Shown here: in pieces, positions 1 to 7,623 of the stretch
Position numbering within the stretch: position 1 is the stretch's first letter
Layout: each line of letters starts with the position of its first letter
Source of the DNA: an uncultured Muribaculaceae bacterium
Lineage (GTDB): Bacteria > Bacillota_I > Bacilli_A > RF39 > UBA660
Direction of reading: 5' to 3'
Assembly (NCBI GenBank): GCA_964398265.1
Contig: CAYNLX010000002.1
Span: forward strand, 1 to 33,011
Length of the DNA stretch: 33,011 nucleotides
Made by a program: the position numbers and the translations under genes
Notes under the pieces: generated by a model
What the model saw: only the letters and a program-made list of their open reading frames with translations
Database searches by the model: none
Told to the model about the DNA's origin: nothing

Positions 1-241
1 GAAATATTATTATTAATGCAAGAGGTCCCCACATAATAACATACTCAAGTAATAATCCAATAGTATAAAGATTTAATAAATTACTGGCAATTTTAATTAT
101 TACTAATATCGCTATTCCTTTAAATATTAAAACCATTTTCATATTATTTCTAATATTTTTTAATATAAAATAAAATATTATCCATACCAAACTAATATCT
201 ATAATTCTTGTAAATATTGACCATATTGATGTAAAAGTCAT
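1..241 (-). CDS. cdaA: Diadenylate cyclase CdaA, 5' fragment (membrane-anchor region only; the gene runs off the left edge)
   Basis: Not in the ORF track. Manual minus-strand translation from the ATG at 241-239 gives MTFTSIWSIFTRIIDISLVWIIFYFILKNIRNNMKMVLIFKGIAILVIIKIASNLLNLYTIGLLLEYVIMWGPLALIIIF. This lines up with the three-helix N-terminus of Bacillus CdaA (..VDILLVWYVIYKL..IRGTKAVQLLKGI....WG.LAIIIIF). A GGAG RBS lies at 254-251. The catalytic DAC domain is outside the window. Confidence 0.8.
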   Translation of the reverse strand, partial: MTFTSIWSIFTRIIDISLVWIIFYFILKNIRNNMKMVLIFKGIAILVIIKIASNLLNLYTIGLLLEYVIMWGPLALIIIF

Positions 242-270
242 AACTTTTCACTCCTTTTTGATTCTTTTCT

Positions 271-299
271 ATTATAACAAATTATTTTTAATATATCTA
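271..299 (-). promoter_or_regulatory. Putative sigma-A type promoter for cdaA (extended -10)
   Basis: Minus strand reads TAGATA (299-294), 17 nt, TATAAT (276-271), with TG at 279-278 giving TGtTATAAT. It sits about 30 nt upstream of the cdaA ATG. Confidence 0.5.
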
Positions 300-323
300 G
301 ATGCAAATGAAAAAACAAACTAA

Positions 324-611
324 TTATAGTTTGTTTTCTTTATTATCTGGTATTTCATCTATTACAACCGGTTCTTCATACATTTCTTTTTTTATTTCTT
401 TTTCACTTGGCTTTTTTTCTGATACAATTTCATTTATTGGTTTATCTTCGCTTATCTCTATAACGTTATTATTTGTTTCTTTTGTATTTTTTGATATATT
501 CTGTTTACTAGTGACATCAACTATATATCCAATTAATGCAAATACTAATATTACTGAAATTACTATAAACCATATATAATTATCTACAACAAAACTAATT
601 ATTCCACCCAC
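324..611 (-). CDS. Small single-pass membrane protein with a Lys/Glu-rich tail, unknown function
   Basis: 95-aa ORF with a GTG start (611-609) 6 nt downstream of AGGAGGA (624-618). It has one N-terminal hydrophobic helix (IWFIVISVILVFALIGYIV) followed by a charged low-complexity tail. No family recognised. Confidence 0.6.
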   Translation of the reverse strand: MGGIISFVVDNYIWFIVISVILVFALIGYIVDVTSKQNISKNTKETNNNVIEISEDKPINEIVSEKKPSEKEIKKEMYEEPVVIDEIPDNKENKL

Positions 612-663
612 TTTTATTCCTCCTATGTATTTTATTAATACATTATATTGATTTTATTTATTT

Positions 664-1704
664 TTATGAAATAGTTATTTTTTGTCCTTTTGGATTAATT
701 AATATATGTGTTGTACCATCATTAACAGAAATTTCTTTTCCATCTGCATCCTTGTAAATTGTTTTACTATCTCTTTTTGATTTTTCCCAAGTTATTTCCA
801 TGTATTTACCTTCAGTTATAAAATATCCTGATCCTGAGCCAATATTAAACATATTTTGTCTCCCTGATGTATCCTTAGGAATTTTATCATATTCTACACT
901 ATAAACAATAATATTTTTAGCCGCTAATTGATTTCCGCTTGTTGTTTTATGTGCTGAAGAATTAGCACTTCTTAAATAAACATTATTTGTTTCATCATAT
1001 GTAAACTTTGTATAAACACTATTAGAGAAAACAACTTTTACTTCATTAGCTACATTTTCTGGCATTGAAATAGCTTCTTCGCTATATTTTAATAATTGTG
1101 AATCATTAGATGTTGTCCTATATTTTTTTGCCTCAGCAGCTTTTAAAATCTTTTCAGTACTAGTATATGCTGTATGTTCTCCACTATGATAAGTATAATC
1201 TCTCCAAAACATATTTGAAGGATTAGCTAATCCGTTTAAATTATTAATCTTTAATGAACTAATATCGCTTTGTGCTTGTGGACTCCATCCATAGTGTACG
1301 TATATTGCATCATTTTCCATAACATAATCTAAATAATAATGTCTTGAACTTCTAACTGGTCCAATTTGTTTAACATTAACATCCTTAAATACAGCCATTA
1401 ATCTTGTTAAACCGCCCTCAACCAAAAATTCATATAATATATGTGCTTTCTCAATACCAGTTTGGGGTCTAGCAGCGCTTACATTATCGATCATTACTGC
1501 TATAGGTCTTGCATTACTACTTTCATCAATTATTTTAATATTACTCTTCTTTTCTTCATTTCCGTTTGGAGTTAATTTATCTATTTTTTCTTTAATATCT
1601 TCCTTATTAAACCATCCTAATATTATTCCAATTATTAGAACTGCTACTACTAAAAAAATAATTCCTCCTATTAGTTTTATAAAATTTTTCTTTTTTGCTT
1701 TCAT
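664..1704 (-). CDS. DUF3048 family (YerB-like) membrane-anchored protein
   Basis: 346 aa with an N-terminal anchor (FIKLIGGIIFLVVAVLIIGIILG). The core motifs RPIAVMIDNVSAARPQTGIEKAHILYEFLVEGGLTRLMAVF and RSSRHYYLDY are typical of DUF3048 proteins. RBS AAGGAAGAG lies upstream of the ATG at 1704. Confidence 0.8.
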   Translation of the reverse strand: MKAKKKNFIKLIGGIIFLVVAVLIIGIILGWFNKEDIKEKIDKLTPNGNEEKKSNIKIIDESSNARPIAVMIDNVSAARPQTGIEKAHILYEFLVEGGLTRLMAVFKDVNVKQIGPVRSSRHYYLDYVMENDAIYVHYGWSPQAQSDISSLKINNLNGLANPSNMFWRDYTYHSGEHTAYTSTEKILKAAEAKKYRTTSNDSQLLKYSEEAISMPENVANEVKVVFSNSVYTKFTYDETNNVYLRSANSSAHKTTSGNQLAAKNIIVYSVEYDKIPKDTSGRQNMFNIGSGSGYFITEGKYMEITWEKSKRDSKTIYKDADGKEISVNDGTTHILINPKGQKITIS

Positions 1705-1766
1705 TTACTCACTCTTCCTTTTATATAAATATAATATAACATTTTAATTTATTTTTAAAGTATAAA

Positions 1767-1795
1767 TTGACATAGATTTCTTAAAATGATAATAT
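1767..1795 (+). promoter_or_regulatory. Putative sigma-A promoter for the TPR gene
   Basis: TTGACA (1767-1772), 17 nt, TAATAT (1790-1795), with TG at 1787-1788 (extended -10). GAAGGA RBS and the ATG at 1818 follow. Confidence 0.6.
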
Positions 1796-1817
1796 ATCTT
1801 AACAAAGAAGGACTATT

Positions 1818-3389
1818 ATGACTAAAAGTGAATTAGAAATAGAATTAAATAGAATTAATAATATAACAAACTTAGATGAAAAAATTTATGAAATAAGAGA
1901 ATTATTATCAGTAAGATTTAATTATAAATCGTTAACGTTGCTTATCGAATTATTAATAAATAGAAATAATGAAGGAGATTTATCTGAAGCAAAGAATTTA
2001 GCAAAAAATGCTTATTATGGATATAATAAAGATTATTATTTGATGTGTTTATCTAAGATTGCAAGAAAAGAAAACAATAACGAAGAAATGATTTATTATT
2101 TAGAATTAGCTATGAATACAAAATGTCGTGCTAATGCTAGTTATTTTTTGGGAAATTATTATCTTGATTTATTCAATAATTATAAAGCTGAATACTACTT
2201 TGAAATATGTTATGAAATTATTAACAAGAAAGATAAATGTATATATAATCTTGCAAAATGTAAATACTTTTTAAAAAAATTTGATGAAGCTTTAAAACTT
2301 TTTGAGGAATATATAGATATTAACGAAAATCAAAATAAAGATAAAGCATACTTATATATTGCAAGAATATTAATAGTTAAAAAAGACTATGAAAAAGCTG
2401 TTTATTATTTAAATTTAATAAAAGATACAAAAATAATGGATTTTGTTAAAGCTGAGCTTGCTAAGGTAGAAGTGGCTAAAGGCAATTATGATTTAGCAAG
2501 AGAACAATTTCTAGATATTTCAGAAAAAAATAGTAGTAAAGATTTTGCATCATATCAAATTGCTCGTAGTTATCTATTAGAAAATAAATATGATGAAGCC
2601 CTTATTATTTTAGAAAAATTAAGAAATTCTAAGGTTAGAAAATACGCTTTAATGGATCTTGCTAAAATATATAAAATTAAAAAGAATTATGAACTAGAAA
2701 AAGATTGTTATCAAGAAATATTAAAAAATGGATATGATAAATATGCACTATTTGAATTAGCAAGAGTTAGCATTGAAGAGAATGATTCTGATTTTGCAAA
2801 AAAACTATTAAATCAAATCCTTGATAATGAATATGATGAATTTACACTATTTAGATTAAGTAAAATTTATTATGATGAAGGCAAATATGAACTTGCTAAA
2901 GAATCTTTATTAAAAATAAAGAAAAAGAATAAATATGTCTTATTAGAATTAGGTAAAACAGAAATATGTTTAAAAAATATAAATGAAGCAATAAATTATT
3001 TTAATTTAATATTAAACGAACAATATGATGAATACGCAATATTGGAACTTGCAAAAACTTATAAACTGATTAACAAAGAAAAAGAGAGCTTAGACTTGTT
3101 TAATTCGCTATTATTAACTAACAGCACTTTTTTTGCTCTATATTACCTAGCTAAAATAGATATAGAAAAAAAGGATTACATAAATGCTTTAAAAAAATTG
3201 TTATTAATAGATAAAAATGGTGATCTATCTAAACTTGATTTTACACAATTATACTTATATATATCAAAATGCCAATATGAATTAAATAATATAGAATTAT
3301 CTGATTATTACTACAAAAAGCATTTAGAGTATAATCATTATGATGACTATTCAGAAAACAGAAAAAGTATTATACTATCTTTAATGTAA
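1818..3389 (+). CDS. Tetratricopeptide (TPR/Sel1-like) repeat protein, cytoplasmic, unknown function
   Basis: 523 aa built almost entirely of helical repeats of about 34-36 aa. The signature recurs as (Y/F)DE(Y/F)(A/T)(I/L)(L/F)ELAK.Y, for example YDKYALFELARV, YDEFTLFRLSKIY and YDEYAILELAKTY. No signal peptide or catalytic motif seen. Confidence 0.85.
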   Translation: MTKSELEIELNRINNITNLDEKIYEIRELLSVRFNYKSLTLLIELLINRNNEGDLSEAKNLAKNAYYGYNKDYYLMCLSKIARKENNNEEMIYYLELAMNTKCRANASYFLGNYYLDLFNNYKAEYYFEICYEIINKKDKCIYNLAKCKYFLKKFDEALKLFEEYIDINENQNKDKAYLYIARILIVKKDYEKAVYYLNLIKDTKIMDFVKAELAKVEVAKGNYDLAREQFLDISEKNSSKDFASYQIARSYLLENKYDEALIILEKLRNSKVRKYALMDLAKIYKIKKNYELEKDCYQEILKNGYDKYALFELARVSIEENDSDFAKKLLNQILDNEYDEFTLFRLSKIYYDEGKYELAKESLLKIKKKNKYVLLELGKTEICLKNINEAINYFNLILNEQYDEYAILELAKTYKLINKEKESLDLFNSLLLTNSTFFALYYLAKIDIEKKDYINALKKLLLIDKNGDLSKLDFTQLYLYISKCQYELNNIELSDYYYKKHLEYNHYDDYSENRKSIILSLM

Positions 3390-3407
3390 AATATTTTAAT
3401 ACAAAAG

Positions 3408-3440
3408 TAAAAACCGTTGACAAAAAGCGGTTTTTGTTGT
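3408..3440 (+). terminator. Weak intrinsic terminator after the TPR gene
   Basis: Stem AAAACCG (3410-3416) pairs with CGGTTTT (3428-3434) around an 11-nt loop, followed by TTTTGTTG. The stem is only 7-8 bp and AT-rich, so read-through is likely. Confidence 0.4.
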
Positions 3441-3445
3441 ATTAT
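3417..3445 (+). promoter_or_regulatory. Putative sigma-A promoter for the 3475-6634 gene pair, embedded in the terminator hairpin
   Basis: TTGACA (3417-3422), 17 nt, TATTAT (3440-3445). The AAGGGGGAA RBS and the ATG at 3475 lie downstream. Confidence 0.5.
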
Positions 3446-3474
3446 ATAGGGCAATTCACAAAGGGGGAATTAAA

Positions 3475-4527
3475 ATGACAGAGGAAGAAAGAAAAATACG
3501 TCAAGAAAAGCTTGACAAATTATTAGCTCTTTACAATGAAGAGGAAGAGGAAAATAACGAGGAAGAAATTATCGCTGTTGAAGAAACAAATGAAGAAGAA
3601 AAAGCAAATGCTTTATCTTTAAGAGAAAAATTACTTTCAATTAGCTGCGGAATAGTATCACTATTATTAATAATGACATCATTATCAACTTGTGGTCGAA
3701 AAAACAATAATTCACATTCAAGTGAAACTAGTATAGTTGAAACTACTGAAGCTATTAATTATTCATTTGATTTAGAAGAAAATATTAAGAAGAATGCAGA
3801 AATAATATTTAATTCTATAGATCAAAGTATAATTACATTTACACTTGAAGACGTTGAAGATACAATTAGATTTTTAAATGGTATTAAAACTAACAAAACC
3901 TATTCTGATATAGAATTATTAGATATGATAGATAATGTTTTATATAATGGAATGGACACATACTATGGTTCTTTAGCTAATACTATTGGGGGTGTAACTC
4001 CTATTAATGAAAATGTTCATTCAATAAATTGGGAATACTTATTTGAAAATAATAGTTTAGAACAAGTTGTTATCTATAAATTTGATTCTATATTAAATCA
4101 AATTGTTGCTAATCAAGGTAATAAAGAAGAATTAAATAAATTAGCAAATGAATTATTAACATTAGAAGTTATGTTATTAGAATCTAAAATAGAAGTAAAT
4201 GGTAAATATTTAAGTATAGATGATTTTAGCGACGGAGCTAAAGCAACATTATATTCAATAATGGATCAAAACGATAGAATATTAAAAGCTATTGGAGGAA
4301 ATAATTTCTCTGTAACTTTAGATATTGTAAATGATGTTGAAGGTACACAAACTGAAACATATTCAGCAAAATATATTATTAATAAAATTAATAAAAAAGA
4401 TTGCGTAGTTTATACTCCAGAAGGAGAAGAAGTTCCTATGGACGATCACGATAATACATTAATTAATTTATTAAAACTTCAAGAATCATTACAAAATAAT
4501 AATACATTAAAATTAACAAATAATTAA
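3475..4527 (+). CDS. Hypothetical single-pass membrane protein with an acidic cytoplasmic N-terminal tail
   Basis: 350 aa with a strong RBS (GGGGGA). The roughly 50-aa Glu-rich N-terminus (EEEEENNEEEIIAVEETNEEEK) precedes one TM helix (ISCGIVSLLLIMTSLS) and a roughly 280-aa extracytoplasmic domain with no motif I recognise. Confidence 0.8.
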   Translation: MTEEERKIRQEKLDKLLALYNEEEEENNEEEIIAVEETNEEEKANALSLREKLLSISCGIVSLLLIMTSLSTCGRKNNNSHSSETSIVETTEAINYSFDLEENIKKNAEIIFNSIDQSIITFTLEDVEDTIRFLNGIKTNKTYSDIELLDMIDNVLYNGMDTYYGSLANTIGGVTPINENVHSINWEYLFENNSLEQVVIYKFDSILNQIVANQGNKEELNKLANELLTLEVMLLESKIEVNGKYLSIDDFSDGAKATLYSIMDQNDRILKAIGGNNFSVTLDIVNDVEGTQTETYSAKYIINKINKKDCVVYTPEGEEVPMDDHDNTLINLLKLQESLQNNNTLKLTNN

Positions 4528-4540
4528 GGGGGGTAAAAAT

Positions 4541-6634
4541 ATGAACGAAATATCATTTAATTGGAAAAATATATTTACAAATTTAATATTATTAATAATA
4601 TTAGTTATAATATTAGCATTTGGTTTTAAAAATAACTTTAGTTTTAATACAAATAGTAACGTATTAATAGACAAAGTATATAACCAAAACATTCAAACAA
4701 TGAAAGATGCTGCTAAAGATTATTTCACTGTTGAAAAACTACCAAGTAATATTGGAGAAACAAAAAAATTATCATTACAAGAAATGTTAAATAAAAAATT
4801 ATTATTAAATTTTACTGATAAAAATAATAAAACATGTAATACAGAGTTTAGCAATGTTGAAGTAACAAAAATAACTGAAACTGAATATCAATTAAAAGTA
4901 ACGCTTGCATGTGGAGAACAAATAGATTACATAGTTGATACTATTGGATGTTATGATACTTGTAAAGATTGCAAAGTTGAAACAAAAACTGAATATCAAT
5001 ACACTAAGACTACTAACGGAACTAAGACTTCTTATAGTTGTCCTGAAGGATACTCATTAAATGGAAAATATTGTTATAAACAATTAGGTTCTTCTATAAA
5101 CGCAACTGCTGTTTATAGTGATGCTAACACAAAAATAACTGAAGCAAAAAAGAAAGATGATGAGTCTTACAAACTTTATACTGATTCTATAGCAAAAACT
5201 GGAGCTACAACATATAAATGTGAAAAAGGAACATTAAATAGTGATAACACTTGTACAATAAAAACAGCTACCACTATTAATGCTACACCTAACTATGCAT
5301 ATAAATGCTCTAATGGTGATTTACAATCAAATAATACTTGCAAAGTTTCTAGTACAACTGCTGCTAACGCTAACTATGCATATAAATGCTCTAATGGTGA
5401 TTTACAATCAAATAATACTTGTAAAGTTTCTAGCACAACTGCTGCTACTGCTAACTATGCATACAGATGTAATGAAGGGTCTTTAGAGGGAACAAAATGT
5501 AAAATATCTAGCACATCTACAGTTAATGCGGAAATATCAAGTTATACTTATGGAAGCTGGTATGCAGTTACTTCTTATAAAAGAACTTCTGCACTTGCAA
5601 CATATAATAATGGAACAGAAAAATTAGTTGATAACGGAACTACTAGAGAATACTCATGTGGTACTCCTACATATTGTCCAACTAAAGTAACTTATTATCA
5701 TTATACATTATATAGAAGAAGCGCTACTGCTAACTATAGTTGTTCTAATGGTACTTTATCTGGAAATTCATGTATAATATCTAGCACATCCTACAATAAT
5801 GCAGAAAAATATATTAGTAATTATTCTTGTTCTAATGGTACTTTATCTGGAAGTAATTGCATAGTAACAACTAACACAGCTGCCACTAAATACATAAAAA
5901 ATTATTCTTGTTCTAATGGTACTTTATCTGGAAGTAATTGTGTAGTAACAACTTATCCAGCTGCTACTAAATATATTAAAAATTATTCTTGTTCTAATGG
6001 TACTTTATCTGGAACAAAATGTAATGTTACTGCTAATAGTAAAGTAACTGCTACAAAAGTAATTGGTGATACAACTTATAGTTGTCCATCTGGTTACAAT
6101 GAAGAAGGAAATGGAACTAATCTTAAATGTTATGTTACAAGAACTAATAATGGTGATTATTATTGTGATAATGCAAATCAAACTTTAAAAGGAAATAAAT
6201 GTTACGAAGAAATTAAATCTGAATTGACAGGATACACTTGTAAAGATGGTTATACATTAGAAGGTAATAAATGTGTTAAAACTTGTACAAAAAAAATAGA
6301 TGCTACTGCATCAACTAAAAGTGTTTCAAATACTTCAACTAAATGGAGTACAGAAAAAACATTAAATGGTTATACTTCTACTGGAAAATATAGAATAGTA
6401 GATGAAAAAGGTAAAGTAATTAAAACTGGTACAGTTGAAGAAGCTACTAAAAAAGAAGATACTGTTGTAGAACAAACTTCGAATGATGATACTAAATTAA
6501 TGACAGTTAATACCAATACTAATACTACTCCTTCTACTATGGAATACATTATGTATGCCATCATAGTAATTGGAGTAATAATAATGGCTTTTGCCTCAAT
6601 AACAATGGTTAGAATAAAAAGATATAATAATTAA
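4541..6634 (+). CDS. Cysteine-paired repeat surface protein with an N-terminal signal-anchor and a C-terminal TM anchor
   Basis: 697 aa, RBS GGGGGG, starting 14 nt after the preceding gene. N-terminal TM is IFTNLILLIILVIILAFGF. C-terminal TM is YIMYAIIVIGVIIMAFASITMV followed by RIKRYNN. In between are 12-13 modules of the form Y.C..G.L....C (for example YSCPEGYSLNGKYC, YKCSNGDLQSNNTC, YSCSNGTLSGSNC, YTCKDGYTLEGNKC) separated by Ser/Thr/Ala-rich linkers. No LPXTG motif. Confidence 0.9.
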   Translation: MNEISFNWKNIFTNLILLIILVIILAFGFKNNFSFNTNSNVLIDKVYNQNIQTMKDAAKDYFTVEKLPSNIGETKKLSLQEMLNKKLLLNFTDKNNKTCNTEFSNVEVTKITETEYQLKVTLACGEQIDYIVDTIGCYDTCKDCKVETKTEYQYTKTTNGTKTSYSCPEGYSLNGKYCYKQLGSSINATAVYSDANTKITEAKKKDDESYKLYTDSIAKTGATTYKCEKGTLNSDNTCTIKTATTINATPNYAYKCSNGDLQSNNTCKVSSTTAANANYAYKCSNGDLQSNNTCKVSSTTAATANYAYRCNEGSLEGTKCKISSTSTVNAEISSYTYGSWYAVTSYKRTSALATYNNGTEKLVDNGTTREYSCGTPTYCPTKVTYYHYTLYRRSATANYSCSNGTLSGNSCIISSTSYNNAEKYISNYSCSNGTLSGSNCIVTTNTAATKYIKNYSCSNGTLSGSNCVVTTYPAATKYIKNYSCSNGTLSGTKCNVTANSKVTATKVIGDTTYSCPSGYNEEGNGTNLKCYVTRTNNGDYYCDNANQTLKGNKCYEEIKSELTGYTCKDGYTLEGNKCVKTCTKKIDATASTKSVSNTSTKWSTEKTLNGYTSTGKYRIVDEKGKVIKTGTVEEATKKEDTVVEQTSNDDTKLMTVNTNTNTTPSTMEYIMYAIIVIGVIIMAFASITMVRIKRYNN
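5210..5533 (+). repeat. In-frame tandem repeat, 4 x 81 bp (27-aa units, NYAYKCSNGDLQSNNTCKVSSTTAA.A type)
   Basis: Units start at 5210, 5291, 5372 and 5453. The two central units differ at 4 of 81 positions by my alignment. The outer units are more diverged but keep the Y.C..G.L....C spacing. Confidence 0.9.
5732..6061 (+). repeat. In-frame tandem repeat, 87 + 3 x 81 bp (NYSCSNGTLSG..C... type)
   Basis: Units start at 5732, 5819, 5900 and 5981. The first 34 nt (AATTATTCTTGTTCTAATGGTACTTTATCTGGAA) are identical in the last three units. Units 5819 and 5900 differ at about 8 of 81 positions. Confidence 0.9.
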
Positions 6635-6636
6635 TT

Positions 6637-6663
6637 AAGCACTAGAAAATCTAGTGCTTTTTT
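6637..6663 (+). terminator. Intrinsic terminator of the 3475-6634 unit
   Basis: AAGCACTAG (6637-6645), loop AAAAT, CTAGTGCTT (6651-6659), then a T-run. It lies 3 nt after the stop codon. Confidence 0.75.
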
Positions 6664-6665
6664 AT

Positions 6666-6687
6666 AAAAAAGATGCTAGTTAGCATC
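6666..6687 (-). terminator. Putative intrinsic terminator at the end of the minus-strand glycan operon
   Basis: Minus strand reads GATGCTAACTAGCATC (6687-6672; 6-7 bp stem containing the TAG stop at 6678-6676) followed by TTTTTT (6671-6666). It converges on the plus-strand terminator. Confidence 0.45.
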
Positions 6688-7152
6688 AATATATTCTTCA
6701 ATTGCTTTTATTATATTTTCAGTGTTTGATTTAAATCTTTTCGGTTTAAATCCTTTTGCTGCTTTTATCACATCTTCTAATTTATTAAAATCCTCTAATT
6801 TTAAAATATAACCCGATTCATAAAAATTATTTAATATTTGTAATTGATGATTATTAGTATGTTCACCATATTTTTTTAATCTCGCAGCCCCAATAATTTT
6901 TTTATTGTATTTTAATCCGGTCATTATAGATCCTACTCCAGCATGAGTTATTATAATATCACATTTTTTTATTAAATCTTCTAAATCACTATTTGATATA
7001 TAATCAAATATTTTCATTCTGTTAGATTTATATTTTGTAAAACCGGCTTGAACTATTATTTCATCTTTAAGATTTGTTTTTTCTATTGCATCTAATAATC
7101 TAGAAAATGGTTTGTCCTGGGTTCCTAATAAAACTAATATCAAAATATCCAC
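6676..7152 (-). CDS. PssE/Cps14G-type glycosyltransferase subunit (Alg13-like, GT28 C-terminal domain)
   Basis: VLLGTQDKPFSRLL near the N-terminus, then IITHAGVGSIMTGLKYNKKII....EHTNNHQLQI, which is characteristic of Cps14G/PssE/Alg13-like proteins. The track start is a GTG at 7152. A TTG at 7143-7141, 4 nt after GGGGTGGA and overlapping the upstream TGA as TTGA, would give the family-typical MILVLLGT N-terminus. Confidence 0.85.
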   Translation of the reverse strand: MDILILVLLGTQDKPFSRLLDAIEKTNLKDEIIVQAGFTKYKSNRMKIFDYISNSDLEDLIKKCDIIITHAGVGSIMTGLKYNKKIIGAARLKKYGEHTNNHQLQILNNFYESGYILKLEDFNKLEDVIKAAKGFKPKRFKSNTENIIKAIEEYIDAN

Positions 7153-7616
7153 CCCTTATATTTTGCTTTTGGATACAATTCAAGCATATTTTTCCATTGA
7201 ACTAAAAATAAATCTGCAAACTTATAAACAATTCTTCCTGTAATTGATTTTGTACTCATATTAGCCATTGTTTCAATAAATATAATTTTAGTACCAAATA
7301 ATTTCCCTATACAACACATTGGACCGGAAGTATGTGCACCAGTTGTAATAATAAATGAAGGTCTTACTTTAATATAAATAAATAAACTCTTAAAACAATT
7401 AAAAAGTAATTTTAATGGATATGTTATCATGTGATCTTTAGTTCCATACATTAAAAAACTAATACGCTTTTTATATTGCTCTTTTAAAAATAAATTGCTC
7501 TTTGTTTTTTCTGTAACAATATAATAATCGTACTTATTAAACATTTTCTTTAGTTGCATCATTTCAGTAAAATGACCGCCTGTACTAGAAATAAACATTA
7601 CTTTCTTTTTTTTCAT
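7140..7616 (-). CDS. PssD/Cps14F-type glycosyltransferase membrane-associated subunit (Alg14-like)
   Basis: 158 aa. FISSTGGHFTEMMQL matches the GGH motif of Alg14/Cps14F. It is immediately upstream of, and overlaps, the Alg13-like partner, as in the split Cps14F/G enzyme. Confidence 0.85.
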   Translation of the reverse strand: MKKKKVMFISSTGGHFTEMMQLKKMFNKYDYYIVTEKTKSNLFLKEQYKKRISFLMYGTKDHMITYPLKLLFNCFKSLFIYIKVRPSFIITTGAHTSGPMCCIGKLFGTKIIFIETMANMSTKSITGRIVYKFADLFLVQWKNMLELYPKAKYKGWIF

Positions 7617-7623
7617 TTTTCAC

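Noticed and set aside
301-579. 92-aa plus-strand ORF antisense to the small membrane protein gene
   Set aside because: Low-complexity Ser/Phe/Ile-rich translation with no RBS. The opposite-strand ORF has AGGAGGA at ideal spacing from a GTG start and sits in an operon-like position. I treat the plus-strand ORF as an AT-rich antisense artefact.
3475-4527. Lipoprotein call based on the LSTC sequence after a hydrophobic stretch
   Set aside because: The hydrophobic segment begins about 50 residues into the protein, after a strongly acidic region. No in-frame alternative start lies closer to it, so it is not a Sec/SPII signal peptide. I call it a bitopic membrane protein instead.
5280-5486. 68-aa alternative-frame ORF inside the cysteine-repeat gene, itself internally repetitive (MHINALMVIYNQIIL twice)
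   Set aside because: Its repetition is simply the 81-bp DNA repeat read in another frame. It has no RBS and lies wholly inside a well-supported gene.
5210-6061. Possible CRISPR array or non-coding satellite, because of regularly spaced direct repeats
   Set aside because: The units are contiguous with no unique spacers. The period is a multiple of three, and they sit in-frame in a long ORF with conserved Cys spacing. They are coding tandem repeats.
6370-6564. 64-aa antisense ORF at the 3' end of the 697-aa gene
   Set aside because: Embedded antisense ORF with no RBS and a hydrophobic, low-information translation.
6490-6634. Sortase (LPXTG) anchoring signal at the C-terminus of the 697-aa protein
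   Set aside because: The hydrophobic helix plus basic tail is present, but the preceding sequence (NTNTTPSTMEY) has no LPXTG-like pentapeptide.
7601-7616. Homopolymeric A/T tracts (8-9 nt), for example at the start of the Alg14-like gene, in the ATPase gene (19794-19801) and in the GT-C paralog (25407-25414), considered as phase-variation switches
   Set aside because: Runs of this length are frequent throughout this extremely AT-rich, Lys/Asn/Phe-rich sequence. I see no enrichment at particular genes, so there is no evidence for slipped-strand regulation from a single sequence.
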